Shown here one piece after another: positions 48,391-60,030 of a stretch of DNA of 64,000 bases. Positions within the stretch are counted from its first letter, which is position 1, and each line of letters begins with the position of its first letter. The stretch is from positions 67,084,001 to 67,148,000 of the forward strand of contig NC_090335.1 in the NCBI RefSeq assembly GCF_035084215.1, written 5' to 3'. Below the pieces are notes generated by a model. That model was not told the origin of the DNA and ran no database searches. It saw nothing but the letters and a program-made list of their open reading frames with translations. Source of the stretch: Heptranchias perlo. Lineage: Eukaryota. The position numbers and the translations under genes were made by a program.

Positions 48391-50360
48391 GGGGCAGATT
48401 TTCCCTCTGGATATATACCGGCTTCCAGGTGTAACTCCAATGGGCAGGGAAAGGTAATTGGGCAGGGGACCATGCTGCCGATGCCCTGCCCAGCCACCGC
48501 CACTCCTGGGACTTTCCACCGGAAGTGACATTGGCCATGCAATACATCCACCCAAATATGGGTGGGTGCATTTTAATGAAGTGCAATTAAGAGGAATACA
48601 TCATACGCAAAAAGGACCAACCCATTCCCCTCCCTGGACACTGTCTCAGGTTGAACCAAAATGTTCGTAACCATGGCATCCTGTTCAATCCCAAGCTGAG
48701 CTTCAGACCTCATATTCTCTCCATCACAAAGGCTGCCTTTTTCCACCTTTATAACATCATCTAGCTCTGTCCCTACCTCAGCCCAACTGCTGCTGAAACA
48801 CTCATCCATGCCTTTATTGCCTCCAAATTCCATTACTTCCGTGCTCTCCTGGCCGGCCTTCCATCCTTCAGCTCATCCAAAATGCTGCTGCCCATAATCT
48901 ATCCTGCGGCAAGTCCTGCTCACCCATCAAACCCGTCCTCGCTGATCTACATTGGCTCTTGTTCCCTGACGCCTCCAATTTAAAATTCTCCTCCTTGAGT
49001 TTAAATCCCTCCATGGGCTTGCTCCCATCCCCTTCCTGTGACCTCCTCCAGCCCTACAACCCCCTCTGTACGCTCTGTTCTTCTGACTTCTGCCTCTTGT
49101 GGATCCCTGTCTCTTCACTCCACCATTGGCGGCCGTGCCTTCAGCTGCCTGGGTCCCATTCTCTGGAATTCCACCTCTAACTCCCTCTACCTCTCCACCT
49201 TCCTCTCCTCCTTTAAGGCCCTCCTTAAAACCCATCTCTTTGACTAAGCTTTTGGTCACCCTTCCTAATCTTTCCTTCTTTGGCTCAGCATCTATTTTCC
49301 TTATCCCTCTTCAAAACTCCTTAGGACATTTTTCTACATTAAAGACGTTCGAAAAATGCAAGTTCTTGTTGACATATTTCCTGTCATTTGTGACATAGCA
49401 AGGCCGGTCGCTTGAAATGCTACGCACAGTGTTGCAATGTCATGGGAAGGGGGCAGATTTAAATGTTAAAGTCTCCAGTGGTGCTGTCGCAGGCTCCCAT
49501 GGCCTGCAGCAGTGATTCCCCTTCCTCCCGGATACAGCCGTTCACAGCAAACTGAGAGTTGTTGCTGATGTCACCTGCTGCAGCCTGGAAGGAGCCAGTC
49601 GCATAAAAGTTAAGGGTCACAGTGACCTTGACAGCTGTCCATGCCCTGGTGCGAGGCTCAGGTTGTGGCTGCAGCAGGTGACATAGCTCAGTGACGGTCT
49701 CCTTGGTGAAGGCGTCTCGTAGGCTGCTCCTCGGTGAAGTTCAGGTAGAAGACCAGCTGTGGGTTCGGCCTCCTGCGCAGTCTACTTCTCCTCCCTCTTC
49801 TCCCAGCTGCTCCTGTTCTCTCCTTGTCCTCCAGCTCCAAAGGCAGCTCTACCAGACCACCCATGGCTGCAATAAAACTGTGTTCAAGGCAGATTAAAGC
49901 TTTCCAGCACCAGCAAAAAAATTGTCAGCAGAAGTCACAATGTCACAATTCAGTTGTGGATTGCAAAAAATAGGCATAAAGAAAACACCCAGAAGTTAAC
50001 TGGCAGCCTATAAGGAAGAACCAGCAATTAATCTGTATGGAGTGGATGTGCCCTTTAAACAGTGCTGCTGCAGGGTCCCTGCTGCCTGTTACTGCCATGA
50101 TTTGCTGAGCGAGTTTATCATATGATTTGTGAGGTGCTGGGGCAGACCAATTTCACATGAGTCCTACAACAAGTGTAGGGCCCTTATTTAAACATTATAA
50201 TGAGCATTTTTAATACTTCCGATACTGGACGCATCCAATATGGCAGGTGGTGTACATCCGGCTTGGAATGAGTATGTGCACACTGCCCCCCCATTTTGGG
50301 CTCTTATGGGCCCATTTTACACCTATAAAATGGGCACAACACAATTGAATTACTTGGCCT
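48391..50360 (-). mobile_element. Decayed Harbinger element with transposase N-terminal remnant
   Basis: Starts GGGGCAGATTTT; minus-strand AVKVTVTLNFYATGSFQAAAGDIS at ~49560-49645. Confidence 0.65.
48640..49372 (+). mobile_element. L2 LINE 3' fragment
   Basis: L2-type C-terminus (ETLIHAFI…QLIQNAAA…LHWL…GGRAFS…WNS) and L2-like tail. Confidence 0.8.
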
Positions 50361-50694
50361 TTGTTTCTTCCTTGTTTCTGTCCAATTTCTATTGCAGAGA
50401 GTGTTGCTCAGACACTGGTATGTGCTTTTCTGTACTTGTCTGCCACTCTATCTGAGGAATGTGATTCATCTTGTTAAATTAACATTTGGTCATGCATGAG
50501 TGGAACAGAGCACTTCCTTTACACTTTCTCAGATGCAGGTATGGACCAACAGGGAAGTTGTGAGGCCTTCTTGCACTGGCAGTCAGAAGCATTGTAACTG
50601 AGCATTAGTGTAAGTTATTATTATATTTCTCTTAATAATCTAGATTTTCTCATTTCAGCCACGACCTTTGAGATGAGAATCCCTGTCAGACATC

Positions 50695-50740
50695 ATGGCG
50701 ACTGTCAGAACAATTCTGAAGTTATTTAGCATATCTTTGG
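50695..50740 (+). CDS. IGSF5: IGSF5-like first coding exon (signal peptide MATVRTILKLFSISL-G); exon probably begins at 50659
   Basis: ATCATGG Kozak context, phase-1 G|GTGAGT donor matching the next exon; upstream TTTCAG acceptor. Confidence 0.7.
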
Positions 50741-50819
50741 GTGAGTAAATTATACAATAGTGAGCATTTTACAATCAGATATAACCATTGTGAAAACTTG
50801 TGATGTATTTATGTTTCTA

Positions 50820-51070
50820 CTCCCCCCTCCAATTTTCTCTGTGTTGTCATGCTGGGTTATGGTTCCAAGGTCACAAGCAGCCCTCCATTACCCTCTTTCA
50901 AGTGATTATTCTTCAGGCGTGACTCTAGATAGTGAATGTCAGCAGGTTGTGTGGGAGGAGGGCATCACAGCTAAGTTCGATTCTGTCCACACACTTACCC
51001 TTTCCAACAGGAATTGCTGGCCACTGATCAGAATTGGGATCCCTAGCTGATTTTTCCCTTCCCTACCCTC
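50820..51070 (-). mobile_element. AmnSINE2-like fragment
   Basis: GGGCATCACAGCT…GATCAGAATTGGGATCCCTAGCTGATTTTTCCC, reverse of the other copies. Confidence 0.55.
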
Positions 51071-51084
51071 GGAAAGAAAAATAA

Positions 51085-51545
51085 AGACTTGCATTTATAT
51101 AGCACCGTTCATGATCTCAGGATGTTCCCCAAAGCGCTTTACAGCCAATTAAGTACTTTTGAAGTGTAGTTACTGTTGTAATGTGGGAAACACGGCAGCC
51201 AATTTGCGCACAGCAAGTTCCCATAAACAGCAATGTGATAACGACAAGATAATCTATTTTAGTAATGTCGGTTGAGGGATAAATGTTGGCCAGGGCACTG
51301 GAGAGAACTAGCCTGCTCTTCTTCGAAACAGTGCCGCAGGATCTTTTACATCCACCCGAGAGGGCAGATGGGGTCTCGGTTTAATATTTCATCCGAAAGG
51401 CGGCACCTCCGACAGTGCAGCACTCCCTCAGTGCTGTCACGGGGAGTGTCAGCCTAGATTATGTGCTCAAGTCTCTGAAATGGGACTGGAACCCATAATC
51501 TTTTGACTCAAAGGCAAGAGAGCTACCACTGAGCCAAGGCTAACA
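51085..51545 (-). mobile_element. Full-length DeuSINE (SacSINE1-like)
   Basis: tRNA head, Deu central domain and L2-like tail all present. Confidence 0.85.
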
Positions 51546-52134
51546 CCTAACAAGGGTGTCGACTCAAAATGTGATATTATGCAAAAGAATCTGAAATTGT
51601 ATATTTAAATGATATGAGTATTTAGATAAATTTGGCTACTGATTTGGAAGATGCAAAATTTCAATCCTCTGAGCTTTAGTTTGAAAGTTTGGGTCAATGA
51701 ATTATTGAGGAGAACTTTTTTGAACGGATATGGTTTTTTTCACGTAAGAGCAGCAAATACATGCCCTCTGCTAGTCTTCTAGAAACTGGATGCATTTCAT
51801 TACCCATTGTAATCGATTGCAAGACTTCAGATGTATACTTATGCTATTACATTGCCAACAATCAGTCATACACCCAACCAAGTAGACTGTCAGCTATCCA
51901 GGCACATCCTTACCAGTAAATGGCAAAGAAAAGTGGACAAAGCATATTCAATAGATTGGCTGGCATTCGATGCATAGCCATCTGAATCAATTGGCAGGCA
52001 TTGGATGCATGGTCAGGACAGGAGCACTCCATCCCAACAGGCCAGCAGGCAATAGGTATACACCTATTCCAATCAAACATGCGCCCATCCTGGATTGTCA
52101 GGAATCAGAACATCCACGCCCCCCATCTCCCCCA

Positions 52135-52530
52135 TGGCACTGGGTGATGCAGTGGGTTAGTCACTGGCCTTTCACCTCTGGGACCTGGGTCAAAATCCAG
52201 CCTAAACTGATGAGATGAAAGTCTCTATCTGCTGGCTGCAAAGGTCTTATGTGAAATGATCTTTGACTGTCTCAGTCCAATACCTAGTGGGTGTAGACCT
52301 ATGGAACCAAACTGCCCTTAATTGGCAATGTCACTCATACAGGTCTAAGGATATTTGATGTGGGAAATGAACAAATCTGCAGCAAGAGGTGCCCTTCTGA
52401 GGCTGGGGGTGAGACACATTGTTAGCGCAGAGAATAAGGACCTTTACACTGTATCTGTCTGTGCTTTATCTGACCTGGAAGTGCCTGACGCAGACTGGGG
52501 AAATGGGAAGAGTTCCATTCCCCAACATGA
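52135..52530 (+). mobile_element. LF-SINE-like tRNA SINE
   Basis: GCCTTTCACCTCTGGGACCTGGGTCAAAATCCAGCC…TATGTGAAATGA…TCTCAGTCCA…CCTAGTGG…TAATTGGCA resembles the LF-SINE consensus as recalled. Confidence 0.7.
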
Positions 52531-52609
52531 ACATCCCTCATCTCCGTAAAAACAAAATAAAAAAGAACATCCAACTCTCACCTCCAATATACCATTAATG
52601 ATTCAGACT

Positions 52610-52848
52610 TCTGGTGATAAGGATCTGGAATGCACTGCCCTAGGGGGTGGTGGAGGCAGATTCAATCATGGCCTTCAAAAGGGAACTGGATAAGTACTTG
52701 AAAGGAAAAAATTTGCAGGGCTACGGGGATAGGGCAGGGGAGCGGGACCAGCTGGATTGCTCTTGCATTGAGCCAGCACGGACTCAATGGGCCGAATGGC
52801 TTCCTTCTGTGCTGTAACTTTTCTATGATTCTATGGTTCTATGATTCT
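52610..52848 (+). mobile_element. CR1 3' tail fragment
   Basis: GGGCCGAATGGC hairpin plus (TTCTATGA)n tail. Confidence 0.85.
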
Positions 52849-53706
52849 GCACTGCAATGAAAATAATTCACACCCACCGAACCATTAAGAAAAGTCAACT
52901 TTAATGATTAAACCACAACAAAACAACAGACACAAATCAGTCAATCGCTACTGAAGGAAAAGCAAAAGGTTAGATAAAGAAAGCTATCCAGCTACTATTG
53001 TAGTCAATTCCAATCACTAACAGCAGATCCATACCCATCCAAAGGCACTGCCAGTGCATCAGATGCGTGCCCACCATTAGACCACCAGGAATTGCATAGA
53101 ATTTACAGCATAGAAACAGGCCATTCGGCCCAACTGGTCTATGCTGGTGTTTATGCTCCACACGAGCCTCCTCCCTCCTTACTTCATCAGACACTCTTTT
53201 GGGGTAATGATATCGTGAATATGGAGAGAGCTGTACTGCCTCTCTATGTACGTGTGTTGACATTATTCTTTTTAAACCACGGAGCGTTCAGGCCTGAGCC
53301 AATCTGGACAGAGCCATTTTCTGATTGTTTTTTCTCTAAATATCCAAGCCATCCCAATTGGGACTAGCATTTCAGATTCAGTGATGTTCCATACTCACTA
53401 CAGCCTTCATCGCTTCTTCACAGCCATAACATCACTTGCTATTTTCCAGGAGAACGTTGGGACACTGTTGTGCAAAGTGGTGGCCAATGACCCATCCATC
53501 TTTCTAACAAATCCGCCAGTGTGAAAACATAATCCTTTTGTTTTAAGTGTTTTGATTTGAACTCACGTGCCAACTCTCTGCTGCTCAACGTACTGGAATG
53601 TATCAGCTTTACTGGGGTTTTTTTCACTTAACTTTTCATTAAAGTCCAAGCAATTTTTTTTTAAACAATGAAAAAGTACAAGTTTCCCACTTGTAACATA
53701 GCCAAT

Positions 53707-53852
53707 GGCCTAGCAATTGGTCCACGCAGTGCCCGTTTTTCAGGCGCTGCTCAGACTATTACAGCGGGAAGGAAATGCGTGCACATTTCCCAACGCGACC
53801 TCCGCCCCGGCCCCTGGGCGCCCAAAAATGGTCATGGCCCAATTTCTAGGCC
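53707..53852. mobile_element. 146-bp Harbinger/Tourist-type MITE
   Basis: TIRs GGCCTAGCAATTGG / CCAATTTCTAGGCC. Confidence 0.75.
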
Positions 53853-54149
53853 TTTGTGTGCGTAAGTATCAGGCTTTTTAAAAAAAACACAATCACACTT
53901 AACCCATACCTAGCCACACTACACAGGAGATACACAGTAGAGTCCTGCTTAGACTCACGTCCCTTTTGAAGTCTTTATCATATCGAACCCAGATGTTACA
54001 TCCTCAAGGCAAAATTATGAGTACAGCATGACTGTGTAGTGTTTGAATGCCAAGAGGCTTTTTGTTACCAATTTCCTCTTTTCTTCAAGGTACGATCTGT
54101 TGCTCGGCTCAATGTTACTTTTATCTAATATCAACTATTTCTCTTTTAG

Positions 54150-54464
54150 GTATGTGTTTATCTACTAGAATCATAGAAGGTCCAAAAAGTGCTTTTGCTT
54201 TGCTTAACAGTGATGCTGCATTCAACTGCACAGTGTCTCAGCCCTGGTTGATTATAATCTGGATAATGGGTAAGACACCTGTCCTTTCTGTAACACCAGA
54301 GGGACCAATTATTACGGACTCTCAGTTTGGACAACGCAATTATACAACTGAGAACACGTTTACTTCGGAACTTGTCATCTCAGCAGTGACCTTGAACAAC
54401 AATGTGACCGTGAAGTGCAGTCTCCAAACTGAGGGAAGTCAGCAGGCAGATTTGTTTGTGCAAG
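54150..54464 (+). CDS. IGSF5: IGSF5-like exon: Ig domain 1
   Basis: IIEGPKS…AAFNCTVSQPW…PIITDSQF…FTSELVI…VKCSLQ resembles mammalian IGSF5 (IEGPQN…RFNCTVSQGW…PIITNDRF…FTSEMII…RCSLQ); TTTTAG acceptor, G|GTCAGT donor, phase 1-1. Confidence 0.92.
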
Positions 54465-54480
54465 GTCAGTATAATTCTCT

Positions 54481-54926
54481 GAGGGACTTCAGTTATGTGG
54501 AGAGACTAGAGAAGCTGGGAATGTTCTCCTTAGAGCAGAGAAGGTTAAGGGGAGACTTAATAGAGGTGCTCAAAATTATGAGGGGTTTCGATAGAGTGGA
54601 TAGTGAAGAAACTGTTTCCACTGGCAGGAGGGTCGGTAACCAGAGAACACAGATTTAAGATAATTGGCAAAAAAGCCAGGGAGGAGATGGGGATAAATTG
54701 TTTTTACGCAGCAAGTTGTTATGATCTAGAATGCACTACCTGGAAGAGTGGTGGAAGCAGATCCAATAGTAATTTTCAAAAGGGAATTGGATATATACAT
54801 GAAAGGGAAACATTTGCAGGGCGATGGGGAAAGAGCAGTGGAGTGGATCTAATTGGATAGCTCTTTCAAAGAGCTTGCACAAGCACAATGGGTTGAATGG
54901 CCTCCTTCTGTGTTGTATGATTCTAT
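54481..54926 (+). mobile_element. CR1 3' fragment
   Basis: RDFSYVERLEKLG…GDLIEVLK; TTCTATGA tail. Confidence 0.9.
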
Positions 54927-55624
54927 GAAAAACAGAAAATGCTGGAAACACTCAGCAGGTCAGGCAGCATCTGTGGAGCGAGAAACAAGAGTTAAAGTTT
55001 CAGGTCGATGACCGTTTATCAGTGCTGGAAGACGTTAGAGATGAACAGCTTTTAATCAAATAAAGAGCCAGGGAAAAGGAGGAAGGGGGAAGAGAAAGAA
55101 CAAAAGGGAGAGGTCTGTGATAGGGTGGAGGGCAGGAGTGATTAAATAACAAAAATGATGATGGTGCAAGGCAAGGAGGGTGGTAATTGTCAATTGTATG
55201 CATGTGATTTATATCAATTAGTGTTAATTGTATTCAGGTGGTTTGTATCAATTGGGAGCTCTCTTGTATCCATTTATATGAGAGCTTATCTAGGGTGTGG
55301 TATGGGTAACGTGGATCTTTGTGAATAAAGGCTTGGAAGCAACTGAGGACCAGGCTCTAGTATTCCATCCTTCACCACCAGGCTATCCAGTTTATAACAA
55401 TAATGAGACAAATCTAGAAACAAAAGAGGAGGTGTAAATTGGTTACAGCAGAATAGGATAGGTGAAGGGAAGCATGGAAAATCCGGCAAAAATTGGAAGG
55501 CTCCCATGGCCAGTGTAATTCTCTTCAGTTCTGATGAGAGGTCACTCTGAAATGTTAATTTTGCTTCCCTCTCCACAGATGTTGCCTGACCTGCTGAGTG
55601 CTTCCAGCATTTTCTGTTTTTAAT
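54927..55624. mobile_element. Penelope pLTR inverted pair (older family) with degenerate hammerheads
   Basis: AAAAACAGAAAATGCTGGAAACACTCAGCAGGTCAGGCAGCATCTGTGGAG inverted at 55570-55621; CTGATGA…GAAA at ~55530. Confidence 0.8.
55188..55399 (+). mobile_element. 212-bp solo LTR inserted in the Penelope remnant
   Basis: TGT…ACA ends, internal AATAAA, 5-bp TSD GTAAT/ATAAT. Confidence 0.7.
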
Positions 55625-56868
55625 TCAGTATAATTCTCTCTTCCTTTTTCCTTTCTTTTTTATCATTATCACTGCACTAACCAAGAAAAAAAAACGACAC
55701 CAATCTGGAACTGTGAATTAGAATAATTGTATTCATTGTTAAAAATTACTTTTATGCGCTTTAACATTTTATGTATTGTTAAAAAAAAATCTCTTCTTTC
55801 CATTCTAATAGAGCTTCAGTTCTTTTTACCGTTACCATTCCATTCTTACCTCAGCTGGAAGCCTTTATTGTAGCTAATAATAGAGCTACTGGATAGAAAC
55901 AAAGGGAAGTTTGTGTCAAGGTGTAGGGAGGAGAGGGTTCACCAGATTTGTATCAAGTATCATATTTCAGGCCCCATCTTGACTTTGTGAACATTGCTAG
56001 CCCAAATGTTAGTTTTCTTGAAGTGAGGAACAAATCGCTAATTCATCCAATAGGATCAGAGGCTTCAAGCATGAGATGACAAGGAAATGAAAAGGGTGGG
56101 AGTCGGGACAGGGGATTAAAAAGATTATCTGAAGGATCAAAGGAATTGCATCACTACAGCTTTCCATACTATTCAATTACTGATGTGAAGGCAATCCTTT
56201 CAATCCTCGCCTTTGTTTGGTTTTCTTTCTACCTTGTGCACTTTAATTTTGAGTGTATTCAGTTCTGCCCACACTCTTCAGGCCCATGAGAAGCATTTTC
56301 ATCCTGTTTAGGTCATTTTGATTCACCTCCCCCCTCCCTCTCCGCCCACCCCTCTCTCTCCGCCCAACACACATATTCACAACCATCCCCTATCCAGGAG
56401 AGTGAATGGGCATCCAGCTGTATTGGCCTTTACCAATATCGATCTGTGGCTCACCACAAAGCATTCACAGCTCTTTTTAAAAGGTGTCTAGAGCTACTTC
56501 TACTTTAACATTTTTTAAATATCCCTGTCTCAAAAGAGCAACCTTTGTGTGGCACTCTCCATTCACATTTGTTGTTAGCTGCCAACCTCCAGTGACCCGC
56601 TTGGCTCTGAAGTAAAATACAGAGACACCAGTGAGTATGCACGCAGGGTCAGCTCTGGGCACTTACCTTGCTGCAACAGGGGATCTTAATCCGACGGAAC
56701 ATTCGTAGGGCCACAGTTCCATGGCCTTTGGTCCTCTGCAGGTCAGATCATTTACATGTCATTTACGTCCACAACTAATGGTTTACTCCATCACCTGCAT
56801 CTATATATGGAACAGCTGGTTTCAGAGCACTATGGGCAGAGCCCTGAGAGCAGGTTACCTACACTTCA

Positions 56869-57305
56869 GGGTATGGTAAAGTGAGTGTTATGTTACTGGG
56901 CTAGTAATCCAGAGGCCAAGACTAATAAATCCCAAGAGTTCAAATCCCACCATGGCAAGTTGAAAATTTGAATTCAATTTAAAAAAAAATCTGGAAATAA
57001 AAAGCTGGCATCAGTATAAGTGACCATGAAGCTGTCTGGTTGTCGTAAAAACCCAATTGGTTCACTGACGTCCTTTAGGGAAAGAAACCTGCCGTCCTTA
57101 CCCGGTCTGGCCTATGTGTGACTCCAGTTCTACACCAACGTGGTTGACTCTTAACTACAATCGCAAGTGGTCTAGCAAGCCACACAGTTGTATCAAAAAG
57201 CTACCAGCAGTTCAAGTAGAAGGCCCACCACTACCTTCTCGGGGAAATTAGGGATGGGCAATAAATGCCGGCCTTGCCAGTGACGCCTGAGAATGAATAA
57301 TATAA
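56869..57305 (+). mobile_element. Bipartite tRNA-SINE made of the 5' ~380 bp and 3' ~105 bp of the 7738-11104 LINE
   Basis: Collinear with 7738-8120, then jumps at GCTAC|CAGCAG (57204/57205) to LINE position 10984 and continues to the tail. Confidence 0.9.
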
Positions 57306-57480
57306 AACATACTCCCGCATGTGTGAGTAAGGTGACGGGAGGAAGAAGTTCTGTAATAAATAAAGCATTTGAACTAATTTTAGAATAGTTTTAATACAAG
57401 GCTTAAAAAAAAATAAGTGGCAAATTTATCTCTGATGAAACACTGTATAAAACAAAATCTCTGCTGTTATTATGCCACAG

Positions 57481-57780
57481 TCGATGGAATGGTATCTTTT
57501 GTGAGCAAGGTTACGTCTGTGGTGTTAAACCGTAGCACAGACATTGTCTGTAAGGCAGAAGGCTGGAATCCTGAACCAACTATCACCTGGACAAGAAACC
57601 AAACAGCAGTGGATTCAAGAATGTACACCACCACCAATAGCCCATCTTCAGGACATCTCTACAATTCCCTCAGCACCTTAAATCTCACACTTAGTGCCAA
57701 TGCTGAAGTTGCGTGTCTGGCCACCATACAGGCTCTTCATCAGCCTAAAACTGCTGTACTTTACATCACAGTGGAACCAC
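57481..57780 (+). CDS. IGSF5: IGSF5-like exon: Ig domain 2
   Basis: VDGMVSF…DIVCKAEGWNPEPTITW…SLSTLNL…VACLAT; CCACAG acceptor, C|GTAAGT donor, 300 nt, phase 1-1. Confidence 0.92.
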
Positions 57781-57899
57781 GTAAGTAGAATGCCTTATAA
57801 GTGAAATTGGGTTTGTTTAGTACAGTGAGTTGCCAATTGGTCAAAGGGACAAAATCTACATTAAACCAAAGCCGTGTGAGGGCTCTCTTGCTGGTTCGC

Positions 57900-58190
57900 T
57901 AGATGAATCTTAAGTTCAGTGTGGAAATGAGCCATATAGAACATGAACATCCCAAGTTCATTTCCTGGAAAATGCTGAATTAGTTAATTGGTTGGCGACT
58001 GCGCCATTATAATTGGATTCAGAGCCCCCAGGCTAATGAGGGGGAGAATATTCATTGTCCTTTGATTCCTGCTGTAATGTACATGTGTGCAGACGTCAGG
58101 TGAGGACAGGATCAGGTTCAGGTGTGATTCCACCCATGACCAAATATCCTGCGAACATTCATTGTCCCGGCTCACAAACGCAGAATGATC
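57900..58190 (+). mobile_element. AmnSINE2-like SINE
   Basis: TGAGCCATATAG…AATTGGATTCAG…GGTGAGGACAGGATCAGG…GGCTCACA. Confidence 0.6.
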
Positions 58191-58194
58191 TTGT

Positions 58195-60030
58195 ATGATA
58201 GAATCATACAGTCATAGAATGGTTACAGCACAGAAGGAGGCCAAATGGCCTATCAAGCCCATGCCTGCTTTTATAAGAGCAATCCAGTTAGTCCCAATCC
58301 CCCGCTCTTTCCCCGTAGCCCTGAATTTTTTTTCCCTTCAAGTGTTTATCCAATTCCTTTTTGAAAGCCATGATTGAATCTGCCTCCACCACCCTTTCAG
58401 ACAGCGCATTCTAGATCATAACTACTCACTGCGTAAAAATGTTTCTCTTCATGTCGCCTTTGGTTCTTTCACCAATCACCTTAAATCTGTGTCCTCTGGT
58501 TCTCACCCCAATGGAAGAGTTTCTCTTTATTTACTTTATCTGAACCCTTCTTGATTTTGAACACTTCTATCAAATCTCCTCTTAACCTTCTCGGCTCTAA
58601 GGAGAACAATCCCAGCTTCTCCAGTCTATCCACGTAACTGAAGTCCCTCATCCCTGGAACCATTCTAGTAAATCTTTTCTGCACCCTCTCTAAGGCCTTC
58701 ACATCCTTCCTAAAGTGTGGTGCCCAGAATTGGACACAATACTCCAGCTGTGACCGAACCAGTGTTTTATAAAGGTTCAACATAACTTCCTTGCTTTTGT
58801 ACTCTATGCCTCTAATTATAAAGCCTAGGGTCCCATATGCTTTTTTAAACGCTTTCTCAACCTGTCCTGCCACCTGCAAAGGTTTGTGCACATATACCCC
58901 CAGGCCTCTCTGTTCCTGCACCCCCTTTACAATTGTATCCTTTAGTTTATATTGCCTCTCCTCGTTCTTCCTACCAAAATGTATCACTTTGCACTTCTCT
59001 GCGTTAAATTTCATCTGCCATGTGTCCGCCCATTCCACCAGCCTGTTTATGTCCTCTTGAAGTCTATTACTATCCTCCTCACTGTTTACTACACTTCCCA
59101 GTTTTGTGTCATCTACAAATTGTTCAGTTCCATTCGCAACCCCTCAGATAATGAAGCAGTCCATGCCTGCATGCAGCAAGACCTGGACAACATCCAGGCT
59201 TGGTAAGTGGCAAGTAACATTTGCGCCAGGCAAGTGCCAGGCAATGACCATCTCCAACAAAAGAAAGTCTAACTACCTCCCCTTTACATTCAACGGCATT
59301 TCCATCGTTGAATCCTCCACCATCAACATCCTGGGAGTCACCATTGACCAAAAACTTAAATGGACCAGCCACATAAATACTGTGGCTATAAGAGCAGGTC
59401 AGAGGCTGGGTATTCTGCGGCAAGTGACTCACCTCCTGACTCCCCAAAGTCTTTCCACCATCTACAAGGCACAAGTCAGGAGTGTGATGGAATACTCTCC
59501 ACTTGCCTGGATGAGTGCAGCTCCAACACTCAAGAAGCTCGACACCATCCAGGACAAAGCAGCCCTCTTGATTGGCACCCCATCCACCACCCTAGACATT
59601 CACTCCCTTCACCATCGGGGCACCGTGGCTGCAGTGTGTACCATCAACAGGACGCACTGCAGCAACTCGCCAAGGCTTCTTCGACAGCACCTCCCAAACC
59701 TGCAACCTGAAGGACAAGGGCAGCAGGCACATTGGAACAATACCACCTGCATGTTCCCCTCCGAGTCACACACCATTCCGACTTGGAAATGTATCGCCGT
59801 TCCTTCATTGTCACTGGGTCAAAATCCTGGAACTCCCTACCTAACAACACTGTGGGAGAACCTTCACTACATGGACTGCAGTGGCTCGCCACCACCTTCT
59901 CAAGGGCAATTAGGGATGGGCAATAAATGCCGGCCTTGCCAGCGACGCCCACACCCCATGAACGAATAAAAAAAATATTTTGAAATTGTGTCCTGTACAC
60001 CGAAGTCCAAGTCATTAATATATATCAAAA
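58195..60030 (-). mobile_element. CR1 3' fragment interrupted by a LINE
   Basis: ORF 58481-59038; sequence resumes at 59976. Confidence 0.9.
59121..59975 (+). mobile_element. 5'-truncated copy of the tRNA-headed LINE family
   Basis: Matches 10208-11090; A tail. Confidence 0.93.
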
